64,000 bases of DNA, taken from the NCBI RefSeq assembly GCF_009914755.1, contig NC_060934.1; one strand, 5' to 3'. A program made the position numbers and the translations under genes. Shown here one piece after another: positions 1-12,980 of the stretch; position 1 is the stretch's first letter, and every line of letters begins with the position of its first letter. Origin of the DNA: the human T2T-CHM13v2.0 reference genome, Homo sapiens. The notes beneath the pieces are model-generated. The model saw only the letters and a program-made list of their open reading frames with translations, was not told the DNA's origin and did not search any database.

Positions 1-29
1 TGGTTATTGGACTATGTTAGAATCACCTG

Positions 30-460
30 GTATATTAAGTTAAGAAAAGCTAGAGGTTGTAACAAATGGTCCCCAAATTTCAGTAGCTGACAGCATAAAT
101 ATGTAGTTATTGCTTATTACATAGTCCAGTGACTGTTGCAGATTGTAAAGGGTGATCTTCCCTACACACTCATTCAGGGGCACAGTTTTCCTTCCATCTA
201 ATGTCTCTGCCATCACTCAGGGCATTTAGAGTCCTCTCTGGGATCCTCTGTACCAAGGTGGCAGATGACAAGAGGAGAAAAAGCCAACTTAGAGGATTTC
301 AAGAGTGGTTTTAGGGACTAATGCTAGAAGTGATGTACCTTACTTTTGCCTACATTCCATTGGCCAGGACTGAATTACACAGTCCAACACAGCTGCAGGA
401 AAGGCTGGAAACTGTAGTTTAGCTCTATACAAGAGAAGAAGGAAACAATTTAGTGATCTC
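30..460. mobile_element. Degenerate MLT1-type (ERVL-MaLR) solo LTR
   Basis: Resembles MLT1J/K/L blocks (ccccaaatttcagtagct...; cttttgcctacattccattggccaggact...ggctggaaactgtagttt); boundaries approximate. Confidence 0.45.
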
Positions 461-504
461 ATTGCATATCTAGGGTGCTTATTAAAAAATTATGTTTTCC
501 AAAA

Positions 505-645
505 TTATATACACACACATATATACATGTTTGTGTATGCATATACACACATATATACATGTATATGTATGCATATACATATAGATGCATATGCACACAT
601 ATATATAATGTGCATATATAATATTATTTATATATATATATATAA
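505..645. repeat. Degenerate (TA)n/(CA)n/(TG)n simple repeat
   Basis: Alternating purine-pyrimidine low-complexity tract ending in (TA)n. Confidence 0.85.
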
Positions 646-1467
646 TGTTTTTTCCTGATGCTACTAGACCCACCAAATCATAAGTTTTGAAGTTAAAGCT
701 GATGACTTTTATAGGTACTGAAGTTGGAGTGCTGGTCCAAAGATGGCTTTGATGGTTCCAGCACTAACAGTAACACCTCCTCTTTTCCAAAGTCTATCAC
801 TGTCATTGGTCTTCCTTAAATATCAGGCTGAGTCCCAAGAGTATTTTTTGCAAATCTTTCAGAAGTTGCAACAACTGTAGCATGAGGATTCTCAGGATGG
901 TTTGTCCCCAACGCTAAGATTGCAACATCCCAGTAAGGATGTGAGTGAGCGTGCTGTTTGCCAGGTCTTTTTCTCGCCAGTTTTATTCTTACTCAAACAA
1001 AGGGAATATTGTGGGGCTTCACTGAGTGACACAAATGGAAGCTAGCCCACACAACTAAGATCTATTTGCTTTAGGGACACGGTTGAGGTCACTTTTCATT
1101 TTATGGGTACATCATTTTATGGGGGCACATGGGAGAGGTTTCTGTCTGATGTCAGTACTGCAAATAGTTGTTCTTCTGTGAGAAACCAGTTTACTTTTAT
1201 CTTAGACCCCGTGAATCATGACATTTATTGTGTTTTTTCTTTGCATTGGGAACAATGAGGAGGTTTGGAGCCAGAACTTTAGAGCATCTCCAGCAAGTGT
1301 ACAGAAATTAATTCCAGTTACATCTGATTTTTTCTACTTTCACTCCAAATATTTTCATTTACTTATTTTCTGATCTTGTTAAAGTACACATATTTGCGCA
1401 TACTACTTAATATGTATTTTGAATGAGCAGGGTATAAATAGATTTTTAACTGTTAAATATGATATTA

Positions 1468-1885
<418 letters not shown>

Positions 1886-2464
1886 CTAGAGATCTCAGAA
1901 TAGATTCATTAATTAAAACCGCATATACCTTTCCAAGATGATTCTGTCTCAGTTATTTCTTTCCTGAGATAGAATCACCCCAATTTGGGCCCAGAGGCAG
2001 TGAAGAACTTAAATGTCATCAGGAAGAAGTGTTGAATGGACCACTCTTGTCTTTGATAAATTTTGCTCTTGCCTGAAACTTCTCCACCATAATGTTTAGA
2101 TCAGACGATGAAAACAAAGTGAGAAACAGTCAGGCATCCTTAAGACATTGCATGACTATTATTTAGTAAAAATTTTCCCACATTGAATTGAATAAGTAAG
2201 TTATGGAGCAGATTGAGAGAAAGGTATCTAAATGTCCATTCAATTAACTAAACTTTATTAGACACTGTCACTGTGCTTTCATGTTATTTTTATTACACAC
2301 ACGCGCGGGCGTGCGCGCACACACACCCTCCCCCCCATCCCCCCAACGGAAACAAGCACACACCCGGGACGGGAGGTATTAAAAAGGTGTGATCCCCTTG
2401 CTTTTAGATTTGAGCAGATGGCCCATGGTTTGAGGCGGTTGCCTCCGCAGGCTCGGCCTTTACC

Positions 2465-2485
2465 TTCAGCACCAAGGCCAGCGCA
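2465..2485 (+). promoter_or_regulatory. Candidate REST/NRSF binding site (RE1/NRSE)
   Basis: TTCAGCACCAAGGCCAGCGCA vs consensus TTCAGCACCnnGGACAGCGCC: canonical 2-bp spacer, 2 mismatches. Confidence 0.65.
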
Positions 2486-3049
2486 CCTGGCTCCACGAGG
2501 CTCCCAGAACCTTCGCCATTCCGGGACTCTCATGCCCAGAACTGCAATAAAAAATGTTATTTCTCAATGAAATTCACCTTCCTAACTCATGAATTGCGCT
2601 TCATTCATTGCTCTTCACGAAGTGGTCATTGGTACCAGCAGGAAAAGTGTGAGACAAGGAGAAACGAAAATGTCCAACGTATTGGAGACCTGCCCCCTTA
2701 CACACATGCACGCACGCTCACACACACACAACCAGATGGTCCGGATGTTGGTTGAGTTTTGCTCTCCTCACTCCTCAGGGACCCAGTTCCTCTTTGCACG
2801 GGGAAGCAGTTAGGAAGAGCATCCCTTTCCTCCAGTCCCAATAAGGAGCGATTCCTGAGCGAGGATTGGGAGGGGAGGAACACCAGTGCTCAGGTCTCTG
2901 AGTTTCTAAGGTTTGTCCTCCCACGGAGGTTTTTATCCTTGGGGCTTATGTATAGTTTTTGACTTTAAGGCACACAAAGACAACCTACCCAAAAGATTGC
3001 CATTCCCAATTAAAGTCCTAATGAAAACAGCCCCGTGAGGAAGACACAT

Positions 3050-3165
3050 CAGACATTGGTTCCCATTTCATGGATGAGAAAACTGAGCCCAAGAGGTTAA
3101 GCTACTTGCCCAAGATAACACAGTGAGTCACCGACAAAGACGAACCCCAAAGCTGGATTTCCAAT
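3050..3165 (-). mobile_element. MIR SINE fragment
   Basis: cccatttcatggatgagaaaactgag...ggttaagctacttgcccaag is the reverse MIR core. Confidence 0.75.
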
Positions 3166-4312
3166 ATTCTTTTCTGCTTGCCTTTCCTCACTAAGATGCA
3201 TATATTTACCAACTGTCACCACGATCCGCAGTTCTTCGCCCCTCCCTCTGTCCCAATTATCTAGAAACAAAAAGAGTAGAAAATCGAAAATGAGATGGAG
3301 GTCGGCAGGGGTGTGAGGCCACGGATGGCTGCTGCTTCCTTGCTTCCTTCTTTTGAAGCCAGAATCGACTCTGCTCTTGCTCGATGACAGCCCCTCGCCG
3401 GAGGCGCGGCTCCTGGCCTCTGCGGGGGTCCGCGCAATCCGGGCGCCTCCAGCTGCCCCCCTCCTCCGAGGGTCGCAGCCACAGAGCGCAGGCCCAAGCT
3501 GGGGCAGACCAAGGGCGGCTGGGGTGCTCATGCCGGTGCCGGCATCACTGCCGGAGCCGCCCTGGGCGCACTGCACCCAGCGCTGCTTCTCTCGCTGGTT
3601 CTGTGCCGCTGCTCCTCCCGATGCTTGGGGGACCGCAGGGAGGCCGAATGACAACCGGGGAGCCTCGGGGCCGCGCCTGAGGCCCAGAGTCTGGGCTGTG
3701 CAGAGCGCAGAGCCCCAGCTTCCCCAGCTCCCTCCTGGATTAATGCTTGGTGCCAGGGAGAAGCGCAGGGCTCTTTCCGCCTCCTCCCCAAGTGCACCCG
3801 GGCGCGCTTCCATCTGATTAGAATGTTTCTTCCATCTTATTAGAATGACAGTAGCTTTCAAGTCATTCATTATGAGAAGAATTTTAGTCTTAAAAGAAAA
3901 AAGGGAGTCCCACTGTAATTGTGAGTTGTAATAAATGCAAACTTCTGGTGCCTTCCTCTGCAGCATGGAAGACAGTAAAAAATGTGTCTCGTCCAAACGC
4001 ACCCCCTCTCCAAGCCCATTGTGAAGTCAGTCGCCAACAAAGGGGACGTGTGAATATTCAACACCGACTCTTTCACTTGTTTTTTCCGGAATCCCTGAGT
4101 CGACTCACCCCCTCTCCTTTTTTTTTTTTTTTAAATGGGCGAATACCTGTTTAAGTTTTAAAAGCACATGGAAATTGCCCGCGAGCGACCATATAATTTG
4201 ATTTGCCAGGCAATCTGCAGAGCGATCGCACGTCATTTATAATGTTCATTGAGCATTTTGCCTAATTGTGTCTGTCTCTGAAAGGGCAGCGCACCCCCTC
4301 CCGACCGCTAGC

Positions 4313-4336
4313 AGCACAAGTGGCGACATTCCCATG
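4313..4336 (+). promoter_or_regulatory. PTF1 complex site 1 (E-box CAAGTG + TC-box TTCCCA)
   Basis: AGCACAAGTG-gcgac-ATTCCCATG; E-box 4317-4322, TC-box 4329-4334, about one helical turn apart. Confidence 0.8.
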
Positions 4337-5626
4337 GAGCGGCCGCGCCGCAGCTTGCCGCATTCAGCGCGGACGGCCTGGCCGCGCGCTTCCCCGCCCG
4401 GACGACCGGGCGCGCCTGACACTAATAGCTCGCGGCTCAGGTACGAGCGGGCGCCGCATTTGACTCAATTCAATTCACAACCGGCCGCGCTTGCAGGTGT
4501 CGCCTTTTGAAACCGCCATTCAGGCGGCCGCTGTTCACTTCTCGCTGCGCCGCGGGTTCTGTAGAAGCGCAAGAATGGGGCTGATTATTCCGGTGCCCAC
4601 ATGCCGCCCCCACACGCCCCCACCCCCGTCCGGCGCAAGACTTCCCTTGGCCAAAAGAGGCGTTTAATTAGTTCTGGGGCCGCGGAGAGCCAGCGTGGCC
4701 GACAAAGCCCGGCTCCCCAGGTAACCCGGGTTCCCTGCGGACCCGGGAGGGGGCGCGCGGGGCCGGAGCACCGGCCTTGGGCTGCGCGCTCCCTCCGGCG
4801 ACACTGCCGTCCCCCTGGCCTCCGGCCCGGTCCCCCGCAGGCCAAAGGCTCATCTGCCGGGCTTGGGTGGCCCGGGCCAGCGCCGCCTGCGGTCCCCGAG
4901 TGCGGCTGGCTCTAAGGCCGGCGCCCTCTCCCCGGCTTTCAGTGCTCAGAGCCAGGCCAGCGGGAAAGAAGGCAGCATGGTCCGCAAAAGACAGGTGGCA
5001 GTGGCAGTCTTGCATGATACTTGTCCTTCTTCCCTGTTCCCCATTTTGGGGAAACACTGGAAACACTTTTCTCTTTATGCGCATTCGCGTCTCAGCACCG
5101 AGTGCTCCAAGCCCTGCGCGCAGCGCCGGGCTTGGAAGGCGGCGAATGGCTGCCTAGCCGCCGCCCCTACTAGTGACACTCGGCCGCCAGCCCCCGCCCA
5201 GGATGTGCACATCTGCTGGCAGCACTGGCCCGGGTGGCAGTCACCGGGCCACCCACTCCACAGGTACAACCGCACCCAATCCAACCTGGAACTCGGAGGG
5301 CTGTGCGCGCCGAGCTGGGATCGCGCCCCAGCGAGCCGGGCCTTTGGCTGCGCCAGGGCCCAGGCCGAGTCATCCCGCCGCTCGCGTCGCCGCGAGGCGG
5401 GACACCGTGTGATACCTTTGCCGTGGGCTGGGCGTCGGCCGCGGGGCGGAGAGCGGGTGTCCCACCTCGCCTCATCATTTGATTTCCGCCAGCGTCTGAG
5501 GACGGCGCACCCAATTCGTTCCACTCGCTGCGCTCTGTGAACCAGCGGCGGGCAGGGCGGGGGAGGCCGGGCTGGGGGAGGGCAGGGTGGTCCCAATCCC
5601 CCGCCCCCGCCCCGCCGGCCTCGCGG

Positions 5627-5650
5627 AGCACAAGTGTTGGGATTCCCACG
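5627..5650 (+). promoter_or_regulatory. PTF1 complex site 2 (E-box CAAGTG + TC-box TTCCCACG)
   Basis: AGCACAAGTG-ttggg-ATTCCCACG; E-box 5631-5636, consensus RBPJ site 5643-5650. Confidence 0.82.
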
Positions 5651-7059
5651 GGCAGGCGTGCTCTGCGGCTGGAGGCCCGAGCGCCCAGGGCCCAGGAGAC
5701 GTGGCGGACACAGAGGGGTTTGTAGGCACGGTGACCTCCGTGCTCCTGCTCTGAAAGGGCCTGAAAGGAGCGGTTTATGGTGCATTACCAGTCAAGGGCT
5801 CAGGTACCAGCGCCTTGTGTCGGGAACCCGGGCGGCCGCCCGTGCTGCAGGTGTCTGCTATACAAACGCCCCGGGAGGGGGAGGGCAGGCCGCCGGATTG
5901 GGGGCCGGGGAGGGGCCTCCGGCCTGGCCTGCTCCTGCCACTCGCGCGGTTTCGCTCTTGCTCCTCTGCAGCCATAGCAGCCAGCCAGGGGTGCAGACGG
6001 AGATCCTAGCTGCCGGGACAGAAAAAGCTGCAGGGGCCTGGCTGCCCAGTCCCGATTTGGTTTCAAGACTAACGGCAGCAGGAGGTCACAGGAGGCTTGA
6101 ACCTCTCCGGGGAGACAACCGCTGTGCCGGGGAAGAAACATTTTGCCCATATGTTGGGCTGCTTGGGCCTCCAGAGGCCTGCCAGGATTTAACTTGAACT
6201 TTCCAGGTAGGCCTGCCCTCTCCTTGTCTATCTTCCTGTGCAAAGAAGGGCCTGAGCCCAGGCGCATTTAGCAGCTGTTCCTGGTTAAACAGCAGTGTGG
6301 CCTTCTCACTGACCTCTCCCAACGCCACAGTCGCTCCCTGCCCAGAAGAAACCACGGAAGGTACGTTAGCTTCTTTGGGCTGCACCAACAGCTATGCCTT
6401 TAGTGGGTCACTCCTGTACCCGTCTGTGTCCCGAAGGCCTGACAAACCAAGAAATTTAGCCCCCCACCCCCACCCCCTCAAGCTGGCTTCTAAAGCAAAA
6501 CCTTAAAATGCTTTTTTTCCTTAGGGAGGAAATTGTCAATGGAGTTTACTCTCTAGGTAAGCCCCAAAAAGTCTTCACACGGCGGAAATACTGAAAAAGA
6601 AAAATAGCACAAGAAATACGGCTATAATATTAAGACAATTTTAAAAAGAACAAGTGGTGTTTAATAATACTCAGGGCCAACTTGAAGAAAAGATGAGGGA
6701 GACAGAAATGTTGGGTGTGTCTAAAGGGAACTTCAAAAGGTTTTAGAGCTTGTCTGTCTTGCCTAATATTAGCTGGAAATTTCCTTTCCCTTAATGCAAG
6801 GCCACCACCCTCATTACTTTTATATGTGTCATCAATTATTAGGATTCGTTTTTGACCAGATAAAAGAAAATGATTTTCTTAAAGTAATAGAGAAGTTGGT
6901 CCAGGAATAAGGCAGTTGGCCAAGGATAAGGAAGATGGGTGTGTGTCTGAAAAGGACTGTTTGCAAGGAGAATAAAGGGGAGAAAATAGATTCCTCACAG
7001 GGTGAAAGTCTTTCCCATCTGCAAAAATAACGGAAAAGTCACCCCTGACCTTTCTTTTA

Positions 7060-8100
7060 TCACATTCACAACTCTACTTCTTAATAAGTTCCTCCAGATA
7101 GGGGTCTCAATCAAGTTCATTGCCTTTATTCAGTCTTCATCAGTCTGCACCCCAATCTCACATTGAAACTGTTTTTAATCATTTTACCAGCAATTTCCAT
7201 GTCCCCCAATTTAGGGCCAATTTACAGACCTTAGTTTGCCTAAAATTGCAGTAACAGGCCCACCATTCATCCTGATGGCAAAAGCAGAATCCTTAGTATC
7301 ATCTTTTCCTTCTCTCTTTTTCCAATTCCCACATTCAATAAGTTCAGAAATCCTAGTAATTCTTTCCAAAATCTCTCTCCAATCTGCCCAGTCACCACCC
7401 AGTTCAGTCCTTCACAATATCCCAGCTGTTCTGCTGCCACGGCCTTCTGCTCAGTCTCCCTGCCTGTAGTCCTGCCTTGCTTCCATCCATTCTCCACAGC
7501 GAAGCCCCAAGCACCCTTCGTAATTGGTAAACTGGATCATGCTATCCCCCTGGGTAAAACCGTTTGTCGGCTTTCTATTCCCAAATTAATTATAGGTAAG
7601 TTATAAAGATGTGCTGCTATACGAGTCAGTTATATATATTATAAAGAATGCATAGGACACACAATTTTTCTAAAAAAAGATAAAAAATGTAGATGATAGT
7701 TCTGATAGTTTCTTCCTATACCCCTATAAGGTTTATCCAATCTGCAAATGACTATCTATATGATGCCCATCTCCATAACACAGTTTACAAGGTCTTCTTT
7801 GATCTAGATCCCATCTACATTTCCATCCTTACCATCCCTCTTTACTTCATCCTTAATAAAATCCTTTTTTAAATAAAATTTTTTATTTCTTCAAATTTCA
7901 TGATGATCATTCTGTTTCATGTTACTGTCTACCTCTAATCCTCATTTTCAATCCTCCATATGCCCCATGGAAAAAAGGATATGTTGTACCTACTGTTCTG
8001 TTGCTAGTGTTTAATGCTAGCAACAGACAGAACAGTACATAGAAGAGATATTCCAAGCACACTTCCCAGCACACAACAGGTGCTTAATAAATGTGTGTTA
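7060..8100 (+). mobile_element. L2 LINE remnants
   Basis: L2-like blocks (ccatccattctccacagc, ctggatcatgctatccccctg) and L2 3' end (caggtgcttaataaatgtgtgtt). Confidence 0.55.
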
Positions 8101-8279
8101 CAGACATGAACATCGTGCTTCTTTAAGGCAGCCACGTTTTCTATGAAATAACTCAAAATCAGAGAAAGCTGATCCATAGAAAATGAAAAGGATGAAGATG
8201 TGCAGAAGGAAAGAGAAAGAAGCACAGGAAAGACAGAGACAATGTCCAGGCATCTTTCTAGATCATGATGTGTTGACTA

Positions 8280-8760
8280 GTGTACAAGTTTAGCTGCTCT
8301 ACTGTAAAAAGTTTACAAATATGAGATACAAGTTTATTTACTTCTCATAGAGACAAAACAAAGCTGGATAGGTATTCCAGGCTTGGTATGGGCTCTAAAT
8401 GATGTGGGGGACTTCAGTTCCTCTTGTGTATTTGCTCATCTATCCTCAACGTGTAGCTTTCAACTCATGGTTCATAGTAGCTGCTCCAACTCCTCCTGTT
8501 GCCTCAGCATCCCAACCAGTGGAAAGAGGGGAAGTGACAATATAGGACATGTCTTTCTCCTTCAAAGACTGAGTCTCAAAGCTTGGCCTCATTTCTGGTC
8601 ACAACCCATTACTTAGAAATTAGTTTCATAGCCACACAGAGCTGCCATGGTGAGCAGGAAATGTAGTTTTTATTCTGGGTAGCTATGTGCCCAGCTAAAA
8701 TCCTGGAGTGCCATTATGAAAGGAAGGAGAAAATAGCTATCAGGGGAGAATCTTCAGTTT
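8280..8760. mobile_element. MLT1J-like MaLR LTR
   Basis: aagtttatttacttctcat...ggaaatgtagtttttattctgggtagctatgtgcccagctaaaa. Confidence 0.55.
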
Positions 8761-8979
8761 CTACAACACTTGGCACTGCTGCCTCCTGAGGCCTCACTGC
8801 ATTCCTGCTATCAGATTCTAGGAGATGCTCTGTATCCCATGATGTATCCCCCTTTTAATGTCTAACTTAGTTCAAATTGGCTTTCACTACTAAAACCAAA
8901 AGACTGTAAACAAATCCACAAAGGTACTGAGTCTCTATGCAATGACACTAGGTGCAGAATGCTACATGCACCAACCTAG

Positions 8980-9370
8980 GTATGTCAGGTGGGCTAGGTT
9001 TTGCTGCAGTAGCAACCCCCAAATCTCAGCAGCTTCACACAACAAAAGTTTATTTCTGGTCCAGGTTACCCGTTCTATGAAGGTTTGCGGGGGAACTTTG
9101 TTCATCAGAGTCACTCCAGGTCCCCAGCTGACAGATGTCCTGCCCCAAGGTGTACGTCCACAATCATTACAGAATATGGAGGCAAAAGACAAACTGTGCA
9201 CTGGCTCTTAAAACTTCCTCCCAGAGGTACCATGTCATTTTCACACATCTTTCATTCACTGAGCATGTCATATGGCCACATTTCACCTTGAAGAGGGTAG
9301 AGAAGTGTAAGCTATCATCTGCCTGGACGAACTAGAGAGTATCTGTGGTTTGCTCCACTGGCTCCCACAA
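8980..9370. mobile_element. MLT1K/L-like MaLR LTR
   Basis: gctaggttttgctgcagtagcaacccccaaatctcagcagcttcacacaacaaaagtttatttct. Confidence 0.55.
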
Positions 9371-10419
9371 CCTAGGTATGGTGGAAGCTTTTCCGGTTAA
9401 TTTTTATTTTTGTAAAGCATCCAGAAATTATAAAATGATCTACCTGTACCTTCCTTTCTTCTCTGCTCAAACTTGTCCAGCTGAAGAAGAAATGTACTCT
9501 CTAAGTCCTGGAGACCTCCAAGGCCAATGACAACATAATTCCCTCACATCATTTTAAATTTGAGCAGGGAAATATTATATAACAGATGATGCATTCTCAG
9601 CTTTGGTTCCATCTGGGACATCCCTTAACATTTTTAGGAGTCTCTGCATATATTCCTAGCACCATCTTGGATTTCTACAATGGGTTTATACTCAGGTGTA
9701 GTAGATAACAAGCTTCTGAAAAAGAAAAAAGGCCAGGATCAGGAGTGTGTAAGGATACAGAAAGACATTCTACCATGAGGTGCACACAGGGAAATCTGTT
9801 TCTAGGGCTGGCAAAGGCTAAATAAAAGTGAGATTCAGTGGACACGAGGAAATCTCTGTCTACCCCCGAAATGCCTTCAAATGACTGCACTAAGGCTCAA
9901 ATGCCAGATTCAAAAAAATCCCTTCCTGTGATTTACGGCATTACCTTTCAAGAACCCTAATCAAATGCTGGGGAGGGAATGATGTGGTTGCTCTGTGTTG
10001 CCCATACCTTAGGGGAGCAGATGTTTTCCTTTATGGCCTCTAGCTGAGACCAATGGCCCTGAAGTAATTGGCTTCTAAAGAGGGCAAAAAGGATAATTTG
10101 GAGCACTGGGCATTCTTTGAAGACATAGGTCTTGGTGGGGCATCCATGTGTTCACCATGAGGCCACTCCATGCCTGGGATGAGGCTGGGCTGTGGAGGCA
10201 GGACTAAGAAAGTAGATGCAAAAAGGCACACTGGAAGGTGCAGAACGCAGGCTGTGCTTGGGGCTGAGCCCCTAACATCCCATGGATTTGCTGGGGATAT
10301 CCATGGGCTATTCACAGCTCTAGGCTTTTGTAAATATGTTCAACCTCCCAGAAGCACATTTCTGCCCCTCCTCTTGTGGTCATTATTTCCTCAGGACTGG
10401 CTTAGCTCAACATTGTTCC

Positions 10420-10718
10420 TTTTTTTTTTTTTTTTAACCCCCCGAGATAGAGTCTTGCTCTGTTGCCCAGGCTGAAGTGCAGAAGCACAATCTGAGCTAA
10501 CTGCAACCTCTCCCTCCAGGTTCAAGCAATTCCCCTGCCTCAGCCTCCCGAGTAGCTGGGATTATAGGCACACACCACCACCCCCAGCTAATTTTTGTAT
10601 TTTTCATAGAGATTAGGTTTCACCATGTTGGCCAGGCTGGTCTCGAACTCCCGACCTCTCTGCCTGCCTCAGCTTCCCAAAGTGTTGGGATTACAAGTGT
10701 GAGCCACCACTCGTGGCC
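10420..10718 (-). mobile_element. Alu (AluS-like)
   Basis: Reverse Alu with poly-T; TSD AACATTGTTCCTTTTTT at 10409 and 10719. Confidence 0.95.
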
Positions 10719-11045
10719 AACATTGTTCCTTTTTTGAAGCTCTCTCTGTCCCCTCATTCTTATACCGACTTATGCCTCAATATAGCCCTCACTGAACCGG
10801 ATCATAATTACTCACTCCTGTCTTTACTACACCAAGAACGTGCTAAGGGGCAGAGACTGCACATATTCATCTCCGTATTTCCACATACATAACACAGTCA
10901 CCTGAACATGGTTGATGCTCGAAACACATTCCTTAAAGCAATAAACTAAAACAGCGTGATTTGACATTTTCTCAGTATTTCTGTGTTTATAGCTTCATAT
11001 ATAATTATGAAAAACAACAAGATTATTCAGCTTAAAAAATACCTA

Positions 11046-11408
<363 letters not shown>

Positions 11409-11431
11409 TTAAATCTTTACTCACCTTCTTA

Positions 11432-11500
11432 AAATTTCTTTTTGTGCATGTTGAAAAATGTACCCAATATATTACTACAGTCCTATCTGTGTGAATTTAA
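11432..11500 (+). repeat. Left arm of inverted repeat (partner 13319-13385)
   Basis: 11432-11467 is the exact reverse complement of 13350-13385; imperfect match extends ~33 bp inward. Confidence 0.9.
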
Positions 11501-11559
11501 AATATATAAATGTACATATATTCTCAAGAGGTCATACTCAAAACTGGTAATGATAAGGT

Positions 11560-12570
11560 GCGTTGGGCACAGCTAATCTCCATCTCCCCAACACACACTA
11601 CTTTTCTCTCTTTCTTTGATGACATTCCAAGTTTTAACTAGAAACATGCTGGGTATATACCCAAAGGAATATAAATCATGCTGCTATAAAGACACATGCA
11701 CACGTATGTTTATTGTGGCACTACTCACAATAGCAAAGACTTAGAACCAACCCAAATGTCCAACAATGATAGACTGAATTAAGAAAATGTGACACACATA
11801 CACCATGGAATACTATGCAGCCATAAAAAATGATGAGTTCATGTCCTTTGTAGGGACATGGATGAAGCTGGAAACCATCATTCTCAGCAAACTATGGCAA
11901 GGACAAAAAACCAAACACTGCATGTTCTCACTCATAGGTGGGAATTGAACAATGAGAACACTTGGACACAGGAAGGGGAACATCACACACCAGGGCCTGT
12001 TGTGGGGTGGGGGGAGGGAGGAGGGATAGCATTAGGAGATATACCTAATGTAAATGACGAGTTAATGGGTGCAGCACACCAACATGGCACATGTATACAT
12101 ATGTAACAAACCTGCACGTTGTGCACATGTACCCTAGAACTTAAAGTATAATTATATATATATATATATATATAAAGAAACATGCCTACCAACCTCAAGA
12201 CTGTTTGTCTGTGTCCCTTGCAGCTAGATGTGGCTATGTGACAGCTCAGGCCCATTGACTGTGACCATCCTCGATGTAAGCAACCTTCAGGTCATGTTCC
12301 TAAAAGGAAAGAAGGAAAGTGCGTCCTTTCCTTTTTCTTGCTGGCTGGGATGGAGATACAATGGTAGGAGTAGGAGTAGGAGTAGGAGCAGCCAGTTTAA
12401 ACTCAGGGATGGAAGCCATGTTTCAGGAGCATGTTTCAGAGCAACAAGCTGCAAGGAAGCTGGACCTCCAACCCGTGTAGTCATCATATAAACTTTGGAT
12501 TGCCTATGCTAAACTATTACATGAGAGAGACATAAATATTATATTTTAATCACCCTTTAGACATTTGTTA
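11560..12570. mobile_element. Old MLT1-type LTR split by the L1PA insertion
   Basis: gtcccttgcagctagatgtggctatgtgac...ttacatgagagagacataaat...tttgttaca resembles MLT1. Confidence 0.4.
11650..12175 (+). mobile_element. 5'-truncated L1PA (primate) 3' end, ~0.5 kb
   Basis: ORF2 C-terminus and L1PA 3'UTR (gggatagcattaggagatatacctaatg...cttaaagtataat); TSD AGAAACATGC at 11640-11649 and 12176-12185. Confidence 0.95.
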
Positions 12571-12809
12571 CAGAAGGCAGAACACTTATCCAAAATAATG
12601 CAAGGTGTACAGTCAAAAAAAGAACTTCTAAGTTGATACAGATAATCAAGGCTCAAGGTGAAAGATAGCAGTGGAAGAGAACCCAGTTCTTCTTTGAACC
12701 CCTGTAATATCACTTCTCATGCATGCCTTTTTCTTTTTTCTTCTGTACTTTATAGACATTTGATAAAAAAAAAAACTTATTGATTAGCCACTGAGTGTAG
12801 GGGAAGCAA

Positions 12810-12980
12810 GATGGGAACTGGCAATCATTGAATGCCTGCTGTGTATCAGATGCTTTACCTAAATCATTTGCTTTACTTTCCACAACAATCCTTCAGGTAG
12901 ACATTGTTATTTCTTCCCCTTTCACTAGTCAGTGAAACTAAATCTAAGCAAGATCCAGGAACAAATGACTATAAGGACAT
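12810..12980 (-). mobile_element. MIR fragment
   Basis: cattgaatgcctgctgtgtatcag...cacaacaatccttcaggtag. Confidence 0.5.

Larger units (their letters stand above)
4140..5700. promoter_or_regulatory. PTF1A 5' autoregulatory enhancer (orthologue of the mouse two-PTF1-site enhancer)
   Basis: Two bipartite E-box + TC-box sites 1.3 kb apart, 18-19 kb upstream of the PTF1A promoter; boundaries inferred. Confidence 0.75.
3300..5990. promoter_or_regulatory. Upstream CpG island cluster (approx. 3300-3810 and 4140-5990)
   Basis: Very GC-rich and CpG-dense, with no recognisable coding exon. Confidence 0.85.

Noticed and set aside
5091-5110. Second RE1 site (TCAGCACC)
   Set aside because: Left half-site only; no GGACAG-like right half
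3097-6267. Many long overlapping ORFs (up to 301 aa) on both strands
   Set aside because: Pro/Arg/Gly/Ala-rich products of stop-poor CpG-island DNA, mostly non-ATG starts, no recognisable domain or splice structure
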